Positions 32,138-40,767 of a stretch of DNA of 64,000 nt are shown here, piece by piece. Source of the DNA: a virus; IMG/VR virus record IMGVR_UViG_3300050196_000225, positions 1 to 64,000 of that record. The stretch is one strand, 5' to 3'. Under the pieces are notes generated by a model, which was not told the DNA's origin, ran no database searches, and saw only the letters and a program-made list of their open reading frames with translations. Positions within the stretch are counted from its first letter, which is position 1; each line of letters starts with the position of its first letter. The position numbers and the translations under genes were made by a program.

Positions 32138-32614
32138 TCATTGGACCTCCTTCAGGGCTTCCTGGGCCAGCTCGACCATGCGGTCGGGGTCCGTGTTGCC
32201 AGCGGCGATGGTTTCCAAAGCAGCCTGGAGGGTCGCGATCTTCTGGTCCTTACCCAAGATCGGCTTGAAGTCGCCAACGCGCTGCAGGTATGGCGCAAGT
32301 GCCCACCCCAGGCGGTAGCTTCGGTTTTCGTCAAGGCGCTTCTGACAGGGTTCGTCTTCGGTCAGCCACAGACGCACAGTGTGGTGAGTCCATCGCGCAC
32401 CTTTCATCCGCACTTCAATGGCTTGTCGCGGCTTCGTCACATCAACAAACAGCAAGTCATCGTGCTCCAGGATGAACTGCTGGCCTTTGGCAAACACTCG
32501 CGTGATCGAGCGCCAGTCGTGACGGGTGCGACGGTCCAGGATTGGGTTGATCACAGCCTCAGTCAGAACATAGAGCCCTGGCTCAAAGGCGCGCTTGATT
32601 CCGGTGTGGCTCAT
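32138..32614 (-). CDS. hypothetical protein
   Basis: 158-aa ORF. ATGA-type overlap with the upstream gene. Confidence 0.55.
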   Translation of the reverse strand: MSHTGIKRAFEPGLYVLTEAVINPILDRRTRHDWRSITRVFAKGQQFILEHDDLLFVDVTKPRQAIEVRMKGARWTHHTVRLWLTEDEPCQKRLDENRSYRLGWALAPYLQRVGDFKPILGKDQKIATLQAALETIAAGNTDPDRMVELAQEALKEVQ

Positions 32615-32979
32615 GCGGGCACCACCTTTCGGGCCTTCTCCACAAAGCGCTGAGCTTCCTTGTAAGCCTGGCCATCGTCGTCCTTGAGAACGTCTTCCAG
32701 ACGGTGCAGGGCCTCGACCAGAAGCTCCTTGTGGGTGGGCATGCCTTGCAGGAGGGGCGGTGGCATCCAGCCCTGCGCTTCCATCCAGCGCACCAACTCC
32801 ACAAAGGCATCCTTGACGCTCTCAGCCATGTCCTCTTCGCAACCGAAGTCGCGGGCCGACAGGCCGTAGTTGGTCAGAATGTCGGGGATCTTCATGATCG
32901 GAGGCATCGGACCCTTGCCGAGCAGGTCGCGGGAGCCGTCGGGCTTCTGACCCAGGATGTCGATCAGTTCAACGGTCAT
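32611..32979 (-). CDS. hypothetical protein
   Basis: 122 aa from ATG 32979 (MTVELIDILG...). The track start at 33033 overlaps the upstream gene. Confidence 0.5.
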   Translation of the reverse strand: MTVELIDILGQKPDGSRDLLGKGPMPPIMKIPDILTNYGLSARDFGCEEDMAESVKDAFVELVRWMEAQGWMPPPLLQGMPTHKELLVEALHRLEDVLKDDDGQAYKEAQRFVEKARKVVPA

Positions 32980-33163
32980 GTTGGTCGTCCTTCTTGTTGG
33001 CTGCGGCGCCGAGCTGAAACCACTTCCAGTCACGGGCCACTGCCGGATTCATGTAGGTGCCGCGATGTGAGCGGCGAAAGCCAAACGAGTCGTTGGCCAG
33101 GCTTTCAAACTTCGCCCGCAGGGTCTTCAGTTCGTCGGATTCATCGGTGTTGCGGTTGCTCAT
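32969..33163 (-). CDS. hypothetical small protein
   Basis: 64-aa ORF in the operon. Confidence 0.45.
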   Translation of the reverse strand: MSNRNTDESDELKTLRAKFESLANDSFGFRRSHRGTYMNPAVARDWKWFQLGAAANKKDDQHDR

Positions 33164-33692
33164 CGTTCCATCCCATCCAGTGAGACATCATTGCCATTGC
33201 ATGATTTCGCGCCGCTTTGCATTGCTCCACGTCGAACATCCCGATGTGACAGTCCTCGACCTTGATGCCCATGCGCTTTGCAAGCTCTGCATAGGCCCTC
33301 TTTCGGGCTGCACCTCGGTTCTTCTGACGCATCCACAGACGGTCGAAAACCTCATGCGCTTTCTGTTTCGCGGACCTCAAAGAAGCGTTTGCAAGCCGCC
33401 CCAATGGGCGCGTGCCGTCGCCGTAACCGATGTTTGGTGCGTGACACCCGACATAGGCATCGCACGGCTGGCACTGCCAGAAATTCTTCTTCTTGAGGTC
33501 GTCGCGATGTGGGTAGATGATGAACCCTGAAACCAGGCGCGCGGGCTGTCCGCAGTAGGAACAAATGACGCTCACGTCACGTCCTTGAACTCTTCCACCA
33601 GGGCAAGGCACCAGGCGAGGCGCCCAGCCAACCTGGTTGGCTCGTCTTGCGAACGGGCATTCAGGGCATGGTTTGGCGCAGGGCTTGTTCAT
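33141..33692 (-). CDS. zinc-finger protein (DUF3268-like)
   Basis: 183 aa. CSYCGQ...FWQCQPCDAYVGCH...PLGRLANASLRSAKQKAHEVFDRLW fits a phage Zn-finger family as I recall it. Confidence 0.4.
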   Translation of the reverse strand: MNKPCAKPCPECPFARRANQVGWAPRLVPCPGGRVQGRDVSVICSYCGQPARLVSGFIIYPHRDDLKKKNFWQCQPCDAYVGCHAPNIGYGDGTRPLGRLANASLRSAKQKAHEVFDRLWMRQKNRGAARKRAYAELAKRMGIKVEDCHIGMFDVEQCKAARNHAMAMMSHWMGWNDEQPQHR

Positions 33693-34279
33693 GCTGCCTC
33701 CTTCACGTCATGACAGTTGCGAAAGTCGGCGATGCCTTTGAGGCCGACAGGCAGCTCGTAGAAGCCGCGCTCCAGGCCGCGAAAGAAGCACTCCGCGGTG
33801 ACCTCACAGTCATACTCTGCACCGTGCGCTTTGGACGTGTCATAAGGGACGCCCAGCGCGAAGCACAGCTCGCCAAGTCGGGGCATTTTGCCGTCAGGGC
33901 ATGCCCATCGCGCGTTCTCCATCGTGCAAAGCGAGTAGACGTCTGGCACCTTGCGACCAACGCGAATCAGCTCACCTGCGATGAAGGGGCCATCGAAGCC
34001 CATGTTGTGCGCCACGGCCAGGTCAAGCGCACTCATGCGGCGCACGATCTCGTCGGCTGTGTCCTCCCATATCGGGCAGCCAACCAACTCCTCATAGCTG
34101 ATGCCATGCACGGCTTGCGCACCTGGCTCGATGGGCTGCTGCGGGTCAAAGCGCTGCACCCACACGTCCTCCAGCTTGCGCGTGGTCAGGTCATAAGTGA
34201 GCAGGGCCAGCTCGATGATCTTGGCGCCCTTCTCTTGCTTGAGGCCCGTCGTTTCAGTGTCGAGTATTCCAATTTTCAT
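33689..34279 (-). CDS. DEDDh 3'-5' exonuclease (DnaQ/epsilon-like)
   Basis: ExoI ILDTETTGL, ExoII VAHNMGFDGPFI and ExoIII HGAEYDCEV. Confidence 0.85.
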   Translation of the reverse strand: MKIGILDTETTGLKQEKGAKIIELALLTYDLTTRKLEDVWVQRFDPQQPIEPGAQAVHGISYEELVGCPIWEDTADEIVRRMSALDLAVAHNMGFDGPFIAGELIRVGRKVPDVYSLCTMENARWACPDGKMPRLGELCFALGVPYDTSKAHGAEYDCEVTAECFFRGLERGFYELPVGLKGIADFRNCHDVKEAA

Positions 34280-34794
34280 GCTGATTGTGCTTCCAGGTCT
34301 TGTTTGATGGCGGCTTGAACGTGGCCGAGCAGCTTCTTCATGTGGGCGTATTCAGGATTCGACTTCTTCGGGTAGCGATACCAAAACTCGTCGCCGAAGA
34401 CCTCAGAGAACAGGCGCTCGCGGCTCCAGCAGTCAACACCGATGGCGTCGTCCCACAAGTCGCGGGCCTGTCGCTTTGTGATGCCACCCTCCTTGCGCTT
34501 GCGGAGGATTTCCTTCTTCAAGACCGGCCACAGGCCGTCTTCGTCATCGTCGTCAATCTCTTCGCGCAGGAAGGGACAGAACTTGTCGATCAGATAGCCC
34601 TTGTCGCACTTCAGGAAGAACTCCTTGATGGGGCGACCAGCGTGGCTCCAGTAGTAGCTCCACGCCTTGTTGAACTGAGTGATCGTGACCTTGCCGGACG
34701 TAGGCGTGTAGGGTTCGATCATCACGGCGATGGCATCGAAGTGCTCCAGGTCCGTGATGGTCAGCTTCTCGATGGTGGACTTGCTGACGTTCAT
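34276..34794 (-). CDS. hypothetical protein
   Basis: 172-aa ORF. ATGA overlap. Confidence 0.55.
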   Translation of the reverse strand: MNVSKSTIEKLTITDLEHFDAIAVMIEPYTPTSGKVTITQFNKAWSYYWSHAGRPIKEFFLKCDKGYLIDKFCPFLREEIDDDDEDGLWPVLKKEILRKRKEGGITKRQARDLWDDAIGVDCWSRERLFSEVFGDEFWYRYPKKSNPEYAHMKKLLGHVQAAIKQDLEAQSA

Positions 34795-35117
34795 TTGGTC
34801 TCCAAGTAGAAGCCGCAGTGGTCATCCGTTTGTTCGTCTGGCGCAGGGCCAGTTGGCGGCACGCGAGGCCACCAGCGGTCGGTCCACCAGATCCTTTCGG
34901 TGCATTTGCCCCAAATTTCTCCAGCACTTATCGCCGCCACAGCTGCCTCCTCCCTGTCGAAGGCATATCGCGACCAGTTATTGCCATCCCACCAGCGAAG
35001 CATGTGAATGTCACGGATACAGCTTGCTGGCCACCAGCCAATCTCAGGAGGCGGGCCAGATCGCCAAACGCAGTTGCGCGACAATGGCGGCTTGATGTAG
35101 TTTGGGTTCTTGGCCAT
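34791..35117 (-). CDS. hypothetical Trp-rich protein
   Basis: 108-aa ORF. ATGA overlap. Confidence 0.5.
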   Translation of the reverse strand: MAKNPNYIKPPLSRNCVWRSGPPPEIGWWPASCIRDIHMLRWWDGNNWSRYAFDREEAAVAAISAGEIWGKCTERIWWTDRWWPRVPPTGPAPDEQTDDHCGFYLETK

Positions 35118-35596
35118 CAGAATTTCTCCACGTCAGCGTAGGGCTCTGGTTTGCTGTCCAGCAATTTGCCAAGCAGAACATCAAGGTCATTGGCCCTGGA
35201 CAGAGGGTTAGCCGCAGCGAGCTGGCGAGCTTCGACCTGCGCTGGCCAACTGTCTGCATGAGGCAAGGCCGGCAAACGAGCGCCTGGGTCCAGCATGGCG
35301 TCAACCCAATCTTTTGCTTCTTTGAGTCCGAGCCCGACAACGGTGCGGACATGCTTGATCTGCGGCACCTTGCCAAGCGAACCCATGTGGCGAACTTCCC
35401 GCACCAACTCAAAGACATGCTCCTCATGAGTCTTGCTGATGCGCGATGACGCCGAGCCCGAGTGCAGTGCCAGAAAGGCCTCTGGTGCCGCTTTGGCCAG
35501 GCCCAGCGCGATCGCTCTGTAGTCAATCACTGCGCTGCCAGTGACAAGGTCGATGACCTTTGCGTAGGCTTCTTTCAAAATTTTCCCCTTAACCAA
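35117..35596 (-). CDS. protein containing a ribosomal L7/L12 C-terminal-domain-like segment
   Basis: 159 aa. [24 protein letters not shown] compares with E. coli L7/L12 [24 protein letters not shown], including nine identical consecutive residues (GLGLKEAKD). The TTG start is uncertain. Confidence 0.6.
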   Translation of the reverse strand: [159 protein letters not shown]

Positions 35597-35597
35597 A

Positions 35598-35639
35598 ACG
35601 GTTTATAGCTCAATCACTAATGACTGAAGTATAAACCGT
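35598..35639. promoter_or_regulatory. 10-bp inverted repeat enclosing a palindrome-family variant
   Basis: acggtttata / tataaaccgt flank gctcaatcactaatgactgaag. It lies between NAMPT and the L12-like gene. Confidence 0.5.
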
Positions 35640-35673
35640 CATGCTTGGATTGCAAGCACAACGGTCAGGACTA

Positions 35674-37077
35674 TCAGAGGTAGCCTGCTGCCTTCGCAGC
35701 GCTTTCGCGGACTTCTGCAAGCGTCGTCCAGTTCGCACCGACGCCGTTCATGTAAACAACCTGCATGGCGTCACCCGTGCCCGTGTCGGACCAGCGGCGG
35801 CCTTCGGACTCGCGCATCGTCATCAGCTGGCCCGCGTCGCGCACCGTGATCAGGCGGCCCTTGAGCGAAGCCTTGCCAGGGTCGGTGATCGGGTCTTTGA
35901 AAACGTCACGCCACTCGCCGTTGACCTTAGCTGCGCAGCACTTCATGGCAAAGCCATAGTTGTCGCGATTGACTTGCTGCAGCAGCCCGCCACCCATGCC
36001 GAAGGCGATGTTGTCGGCAGAGAAGCCATGCTCCTTCAACTTCTGCAAGATGTCGTGAATGGAGTCAGGCCCATCAATGCCGTCGCCCTGGATCAGGCGC
36101 ACATGGTTCAGGACTTTGAAGCCCTTGCTGTTGAGCGTGCAGCCAAAGCGATCGGCCAGGAGGGTGGCGATGCGGGGCAGCACTTCCAGAGGGTCACCAC
36201 TGTCAGGGCGGATCACCACGGTTGCGCCGCTGTCGATCACTTCCTGGCGCAATTCTTGACCCCACAGCGCATCACAGGCATGGTCAATGTCGTAGCTGTC
36301 GGAGACAACAGCCAGCACCTTGCCAGGTTTGGCGAATTGCTTAAGCATGTTGCGATAGGCGGCAACCTCACCCTCGCGACCCCAGGCTGTGATGGTGCTG
36401 TGCTCCGCTGCAGGGATCGAGAAGCCCGCCATGAACTCGCCGTAATACTGACGGGCGGCCACGATGGCTTCGATCGTGTCAGAACCGAGGAAGTTGACCA
36501 AGTGTGCCATCCCGCCCATTTCAGCGGACTCGCCCGATGAAGTGCCGCGGGCGCCGAAGTCGTGCAGCTTGAAGGGCAGACCGCTCATGTCGTCGGCAGT
36601 CTCTTCGAGAAACTCAGCAATCACAGACTTGCACTGCAAGCTCTTGGTGGCAACCGTGGTGGGATACCACACGCGCAGCAGCAGCGTTTCCAGCCAGCCG
36701 CCCACCCAGGCCAGGTCCGGGTCATTAGGCGTCTCGACGATGGCCAGTGCCACACCTTGAGGCACGATCGAGCCTTCGGGCAGCGCCTTGATGGTCACGG
36801 GCATGTAGCCGCCGTGAACTTCCACGATCTTGAGCCAGCCATCGGTATTGAAGGGCACGCCATAGTTACCGTAGAACTCAGACGCTTCACGCACCTGCTC
36901 GGCCGTCACGGGCTTGAGCAGGTATTTCTGGATGATGGCTTGCAGACCAAACCACAGGACTTCACCACCCTTGCGCGCCACGATGTAGCTTTGCTTGGCC
37001 GTGGTGTCAGGTGGATCTTGCAGGTAGTGGCTGGGCTTGTAGCCGTCGGTGGCGTAGAGGATGTTTTTGTCGGTCAT
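35674..37077 (-). CDS. nadV: nicotinamide phosphoribosyltransferase (NAMPT/NadV)
   Basis: 467 aa from ATG 37077 (GAAAGGAAC RBS). N-terminal YATDGYKPSHY, and NAMPT-like in overall length and pattern. Confidence 0.85.
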   Translation of the reverse strand: MTDKNILYATDGYKPSHYLQDPPDTTAKQSYIVARKGGEVLWFGLQAIIQKYLLKPVTAEQVREASEFYGNYGVPFNTDGWLKIVEVHGGYMPVTIKALPEGSIVPQGVALAIVETPNDPDLAWVGGWLETLLLRVWYPTTVATKSLQCKSVIAEFLEETADDMSGLPFKLHDFGARGTSSGESAEMGGMAHLVNFLGSDTIEAIVAARQYYGEFMAGFSIPAAEHSTITAWGREGEVAAYRNMLKQFAKPGKVLAVVSDSYDIDHACDALWGQELRQEVIDSGATVVIRPDSGDPLEVLPRIATLLADRFGCTLNSKGFKVLNHVRLIQGDGIDGPDSIHDILQKLKEHGFSADNIAFGMGGGLLQQVNRDNYGFAMKCCAAKVNGEWRDVFKDPITDPGKASLKGRLITVRDAGQLMTMRESEGRRWSDTGTGDAMQVVYMNGVGANWTTLAEVRESAAKAAGYL

Positions 37078-37253
37078 GGTGTGGGTTCCTTTCGGTTGTC
37101 GATGGACAGGTGCTCGGTGGTTTTCAGCCACCTGCGCACGGTTGAAGCGCTTTTTCCAGCGGATCTGGCAATCTCAGCGACGGACTGCCCAGAGTTGAAG
37201 CAGTTCCTGGCCGCCAAGAGAGCGCAAACTCGTTTGAAGCTCAGCGACGCCAT
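37074..37253 (-). CDS. small HTH protein (59 aa)
   Basis: Hand-translated as MASLSFKRVCALLAARNCFNSGQSVAEIARSAGKSASTVRRWLKTTEHLSIDNRKEPTP. It has a classic HTH and an ATGA overlap with nadV. Confidence 0.5.
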   Translation of the reverse strand: MASLSFKRVCALLAARNCFNSGQSVAEIARSAGKSASTVRRWLKTTEHLSIDNRKEPTP

Positions 37254-37256
37254 AGC

Positions 37257-38330
37257 TCAGGCGGGCTGGTTGTTGAGCATCTGCTGGACGAGATGCCAGT
37301 GGTCCGAGAAGAACTCGGGCTTGAGCTTGTCGAGGTCGGCGATGGCGACCCAATCAGCCCATTCGGCGTCATCGCCAGCGACGGGCTTGATCTTTTCTTC
37401 GGCCTTCGCGATGTAGTAGCCAAAGACGTGCGACACCGTGCGAACGCCAAGCGAGCGGCCGGGCGCGTCAGCAAGGAAGTAACCGAACGGGTTGGCTTTG
37501 AACTCGCGCCACTCGACGTTGATGCCGGTCTCTTCGATGCCTTCGCGAACGGCGCATTGACGCAAGCGCTCGCCCTTGTTCAAGAACCCGCCAGGCAGGG
37601 CATACGTGCCATTGCCGATCTTGCCCTTGCGGCGAATGAGCAGAATGTGCGTGCGACTTTGGATGAAGAGGTCGGCGGCCAGGCTGGGTTGCCAGCCGTA
37701 AAGGCGGGTGATGTCGTTCTCGGACTGCTTGAAGCGCTCCTGCACTGCGCTCATTTCTTCGCACAGGCGATTCACGCGCTCGTGGTCTGTCTCCAAAACG
37801 ATGGAGTAGACCTTCGGGTCGAGCATGTTGATCCAGGCGTCGTTTTCGCCAGACGGGTTCTCGGCGAAGAGAGCCTTGCGAATGTCGGTGGCGTCAGGGC
37901 GAACCTTGCCGACATCAGCGCTCATGCCAGGCGGCGAGTCGATGACCAGCGCCGGGATTTCATGCAGCGGCCAATGGAACAGGTTCAGGTAGTAGCTGGA
38001 CTCGTCTTTGTTGTGCCCGACCAGAATGATTTCCGAGTTCTTGTCGGCGTAGAGACTTACCATGCCCTGCACGCTGGCCGCCCACTCATGATCGTCGTAT
38101 GGAGCGTCCAACACCGACGTGATGTAGCACTTCCAACCCAGCTCCGGCATGGCGTGCATGATCATTTCCTTGCGCTCAGCGACGGTCCAGGGGTCTTTGC
38201 AGGTGCGGGCGCAACCCGTGTCGCCAATGACGATGATCACCTTGTCAGCAACCTTGGCCGCTTCGTTGATCACGTGCAGGTGGCCGTTGTGAAAGGGCTG
38301 GAAGCGCCCGATGACGATGGCTGTTTTCAT
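37257..38330 (-). CDS. bifunctional NMN adenylyltransferase / Nudix hydrolase (NadM-Nudix, NatV-like)
   Basis: N-terminal IGRFQPFHNGH nucleotidyltransferase motif. C-terminal Nudix box GGFLNKGERLRQCAVREGIEETG. Confidence 0.85.
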   Translation of the reverse strand: MKTAIVIGRFQPFHNGHLHVINEAAKVADKVIIVIGDTGCARTCKDPWTVAERKEMIMHAMPELGWKCYITSVLDAPYDDHEWAASVQGMVSLYADKNSEIILVGHNKDESSYYLNLFHWPLHEIPALVIDSPPGMSADVGKVRPDATDIRKALFAENPSGENDAWINMLDPKVYSIVLETDHERVNRLCEEMSAVQERFKQSENDITRLYGWQPSLAADLFIQSRTHILLIRRKGKIGNGTYALPGGFLNKGERLRQCAVREGIEETGINVEWREFKANPFGYFLADAPGRSLGVRTVSHVFGYYIAKAEEKIKPVAGDDAEWADWVAIADLDKLKPEFFSDHWHLVQQMLNNQPA

Positions 38331-38504
38331 GGTTTCTCCTTAATGGCCAAAGCTGGCCGAAAATTGAAGAGAGACTGCCGGCGCATCAGCAGCGTTGTCG
38401 TTTGAGCAAGTCTTATGGAAGAAATGTTGGTTGCGGCGCTGACCCACGAACCATCGACTGCCTCTCAGAGCTTCGCCCGTGGTCACGACGACCAGAGGCG
38501 AAAG

Positions 38505-38530
38505 TCTGAAAGGCCTGGCCGAAGCCAGGC
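38505..38530 (-). terminator. Stem-loop terminator
   Basis: The minus strand reads GCCTGGC-ttcg-GCCAGGC-CTTTCAG, 8 nt after the stop at 38538. Confidence 0.5.
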
Positions 38531-38537
38531 ACTTCAA

Positions 38538-38831
38538 TCAGGCTTGAGCCTGGGCGACTTCTTCAGCCTTGACCTTGGGCTTGCGGCCGCGCTTGACGAC
38601 CACGGCGTCGTTCAGCACTTCGCGCAACACTTCGGCATTGGCGGCGATGAACTTCTTCACATCGGCGGCATGCAGGACTTGGTTGTCGCGGTCGTCAAAC
38701 TCGAAGCCAACGAGCAGCAGGTCAACGCCGGTCAGGGTTGCTTCGGTCTTGATGGCAGCTTCGGCGGCCGAGTAGGCGGCGTGGGTTTCGTGCAGTTGGC
38801 CTTTGGAGTCTTTGTAAAAGGAGACTTTCAT
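38538..38831 (-). CDS. hypothetical protein
   Basis: 97-aa ORF. Confidence 0.55.
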   Translation of the reverse strand: MKVSFYKDSKGQLHETHAAYSAAEAAIKTEATLTGVDLLLVGFEFDDRDNQVLHAADVKKFIAANAEVLREVLNDAVVVKRGRKPKVKAEEVAQAQA

Positions 38832-38888
38832 TTGAGGTTTTCCAGTGTTGAAGGGTTGTTGATGGCCGCCGAAACGGCCAAGTTGAAA

Positions 38889-39317
38889 TCAGGCGGCTTC
38901 GCGCAGGCAGCGATTGGCCAACAAGTCGGTGATGGCTTCATTGACGGCGCCCTGGGCGTCGCGCGCCAGGTTGCGGCTGATGGCGTTCTCGATCAGGTCC
39001 ACACGAATGCCTTCGTTGGCCGCAATCACGAATGCGCCGATGACCACAGCTGCGATCTTTTCAGCGAACTCTTCGGACTCGACATTGGGGCCATTGAGCA
39101 CGGCATTGCCCAGCTCGCCAGTAGAGATGGACAGAGCGACAGCGGACGCGGCCGGCTCGGCATTGACCAGCTTGGAGAATTTGTGCGTTGCCAGCGCAAC
39201 GTCGGCCAGCGTGCGCACCTCAGCAAACTTGACGACGGCGCTGCCAGTGACAGTCACCGTTGGGCGAAAAGCGGGATTGAGGTTGGAATCGGGCGTGCAG
39301 CCATTGGTGTTGTTCAT
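38889..39317 (-). CDS. hypothetical protein
   Basis: 142-aa ORF, 30 nt downstream of a palindrome+TATACT element. Confidence 0.55.
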   Translation of the reverse strand: MNNTNGCTPDSNLNPAFRPTVTVTGSAVVKFAEVRTLADVALATHKFSKLVNAEPAASAVALSISTGELGNAVLNGPNVESEEFAEKIAAVVIGAFVIAANEGIRVDLIENAISRNLARDAQGAVNEAITDLLANRCLREAA

Positions 39318-39346
39318 GTGGTTAACCTTTCGTTTGGTTGTCTAAG

Positions 39347-39365
39347 TATAGTCAGTGATGACTTA
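39347..39365 (-). promoter_or_regulatory. Palindrome+TATACT element
   Basis: The minus strand reads TTAAGTCAtcacTGACTATACTTAGACAAcc. 26 nt are identical to the copy at 48423-48448. Confidence 0.55.
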
Positions 39366-39416
39366 ATACGAATGATAAAAGAAGAACTCAGGAGACGGTG
39401 CGAGTCGAGCAGGCGA

Positions 39417-39638
39417 TCACGAACCTGCCAGCTCGTTGATGGCGTTGAAGACGGTGCGCACAGTGCCGCGGTCCAGCTCTTTAGCCTGCTCGGACAGCTG
39501 CTCGTAGGGCACCATCAGTTCTTCGCCGGACTCCAGCTTGCGCGAGGTCACGCCAGCGGCCAACTTCATGTCGATCCAGTTTTGGTGGACCTTGGCTGAA
39601 ACGAGTTCGATATCGGGGAGATTCACAGCTCCACCCAT
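39417..39638 (-). CDS. RyR-domain-like protein
   Basis: About 73 aa. LVSAKVHQNWIDMKLAAGV...LMVPYEQLSEQAKELDRGTV fits the RyR-domain pattern. The start is ATG 39638 or GTG 39626. Confidence 0.45.
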   Translation of the reverse strand: MGGAVNLPDIELVSAKVHQNWIDMKLAAGVTSRKLESGEELMVPYEQLSEQAKELDRGTVRTVFNAINELAGS

Positions 39639-40060
39639 CCTTTCTTGAGAAACGCCTCTCCGAGACGCTCCATAGTTGCAAAAGCCTCTTGAGGCGACTG
39701 AGATTCTTTGTTCGATGCGCCGAACTTGACGCCGCTCCAGCGGCGCGTGCTGACCTCGACCTTGGTTTCGCCAGGCGACCACTGCAGGGTGGCAATGTTG
39801 CCCGACGTGGTGTCAAGAAAGTGGCGGCGCACCGTCTTTGACACGAAGCCCACCTTGTCCTGCATGTCGGTCAGGCAGTCGATGAAGTCCTTGCCCACCA
39901 GGCCGGCGACGGCCATGAACAAGGTGTCCAGGCCCATCGACAGCTGGTCCTTTGTGACGCGACCTTTTTCGTGACCGACGATCATCCATTGCAGCGTTTC
40001 GCCCACCTTGCGCTCAAGCTCATCCTTGAGAGTTGGCAGGTCGCCAGCGAGTGCGCTCAT
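39623..40060 (-). CDS. hypothetical protein
   Basis: 145-aa ORF. Confidence 0.55.
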   Translation of the reverse strand: MSALAGDLPTLKDELERKVGETLQWMIVGHEKGRVTKDQLSMGLDTLFMAVAGLVGKDFIDCLTDMQDKVGFVSKTVRRHFLDTTSGNIATLQWSPGETKVEVSTRRWSGVKFGASNKESQSPQEAFATMERLGEAFLKKGWVEL

Positions 40061-40146
40061 TGTTTTCTCCAGATGGGCAAACGCCCGATGTGTGAACTGT
40101 AGAAACCGAAAGCAGGCACCGCTCAGGCACCTGCTTTCAATTCCAG

Positions 40147-40767
40147 TCAGTGCATGACAGCGCCTTCGCGCTCGCCCTCTGCCCGCTTGATCACTCGGGC
40201 ACCGGCAGCGTCAAGGGCTGCAACGCGGTCGTCCAAGTTGATCAGGTAACGCGGGACGTAGTAGTGGGGAACCTTCAGACGCTCGTCCACGCTCAGCCCC
40301 AGGATGATCGAGTTCAGGTGCTCGATGTAAGCCTGGTTCATGGCGGCCTTGCCTTCTTCGGCAACCAGGGCAATGCCAGGCTGGACGACCAGCAGCATGC
40401 CAAAGTGCTTGTTCAGGCTTTCAAAGCATTCGGCCACATATTTCGCGAAGCGCGCCTGGTCTTCTTCCTTGACCGCAGTGCCAATGGCTTCGGCGAGCGT
40501 GTAGCCCATGAAGTCCAAAGGCGTGCGGTCAGTGATGGCGTCAACGCAGGCATGCTTCTCGTAGATGGCATTCAAGCGCTTCAAGATCTCTTCCTGGATA
40601 TTCAGTCTGGTCGAGAAGTCATAGGTGACTGCCGGGTCAAAACCCATGTCCTTGAAGATGGCGCTCACCGACGTTTCCACGAAGGTGAAGTCACGTCTGC
40701 TTGCGAACGTCTTGGCCAGCGTTGTCTTGCCTACCCGATGGGCACCTGCGAGTCCAATCACTTGCAT
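40147..40767 (-). CDS. P-loop kinase/ATPase of the AAA_28 (NadR-like) type
   Basis: Walker A GLAGAHRVGKTT. DRTPLDFMGY and the later LLVVQPG segment fit the AAA_28 pattern. The substrate is unknown; it could be a nucleoside or nucleotide kinase. Confidence 0.5.
   Translation of the reverse strand: MQVIGLAGAHRVGKTTLAKTFASRRDFTFVETSVSAIFKDMGFDPAVTYDFSTRLNIQEEILKRLNAIYEKHACVDAITDRTPLDFMGYTLAEAIGTAVKEEDQARFAKYVAECFESLNKHFGMLLVVQPGIALVAEEGKAAMNQAYIEHLNSIILGLSVDERLKVPHYYVPRYLINLDDRVAALDAAGARVIKRAEGEREGAVMH

Noticed and set aside
39342-39366. Resemblance of the palindrome+TATAC elements to T7/SP6-type single-subunit RNAP promoters (for example AGGTGAGCTATAC against SP6 AGGTGACACTATAG, or CTAATACGATAAGTCA... 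against T7 TAATACGACTCAC)
   Set aside because: No single-subunit RNAP gene is present in the window. The conserved core is a symmetric 7-4-7 dyad, which is unlike T7-type promoters. Two copies are integrated into consensus sigma70 -35/-10 promoters. The distance to downstream start codons varies from 12 to more than 100 nt. The idea is worth re-checking only if the rest of the genome encodes such an RNAP.
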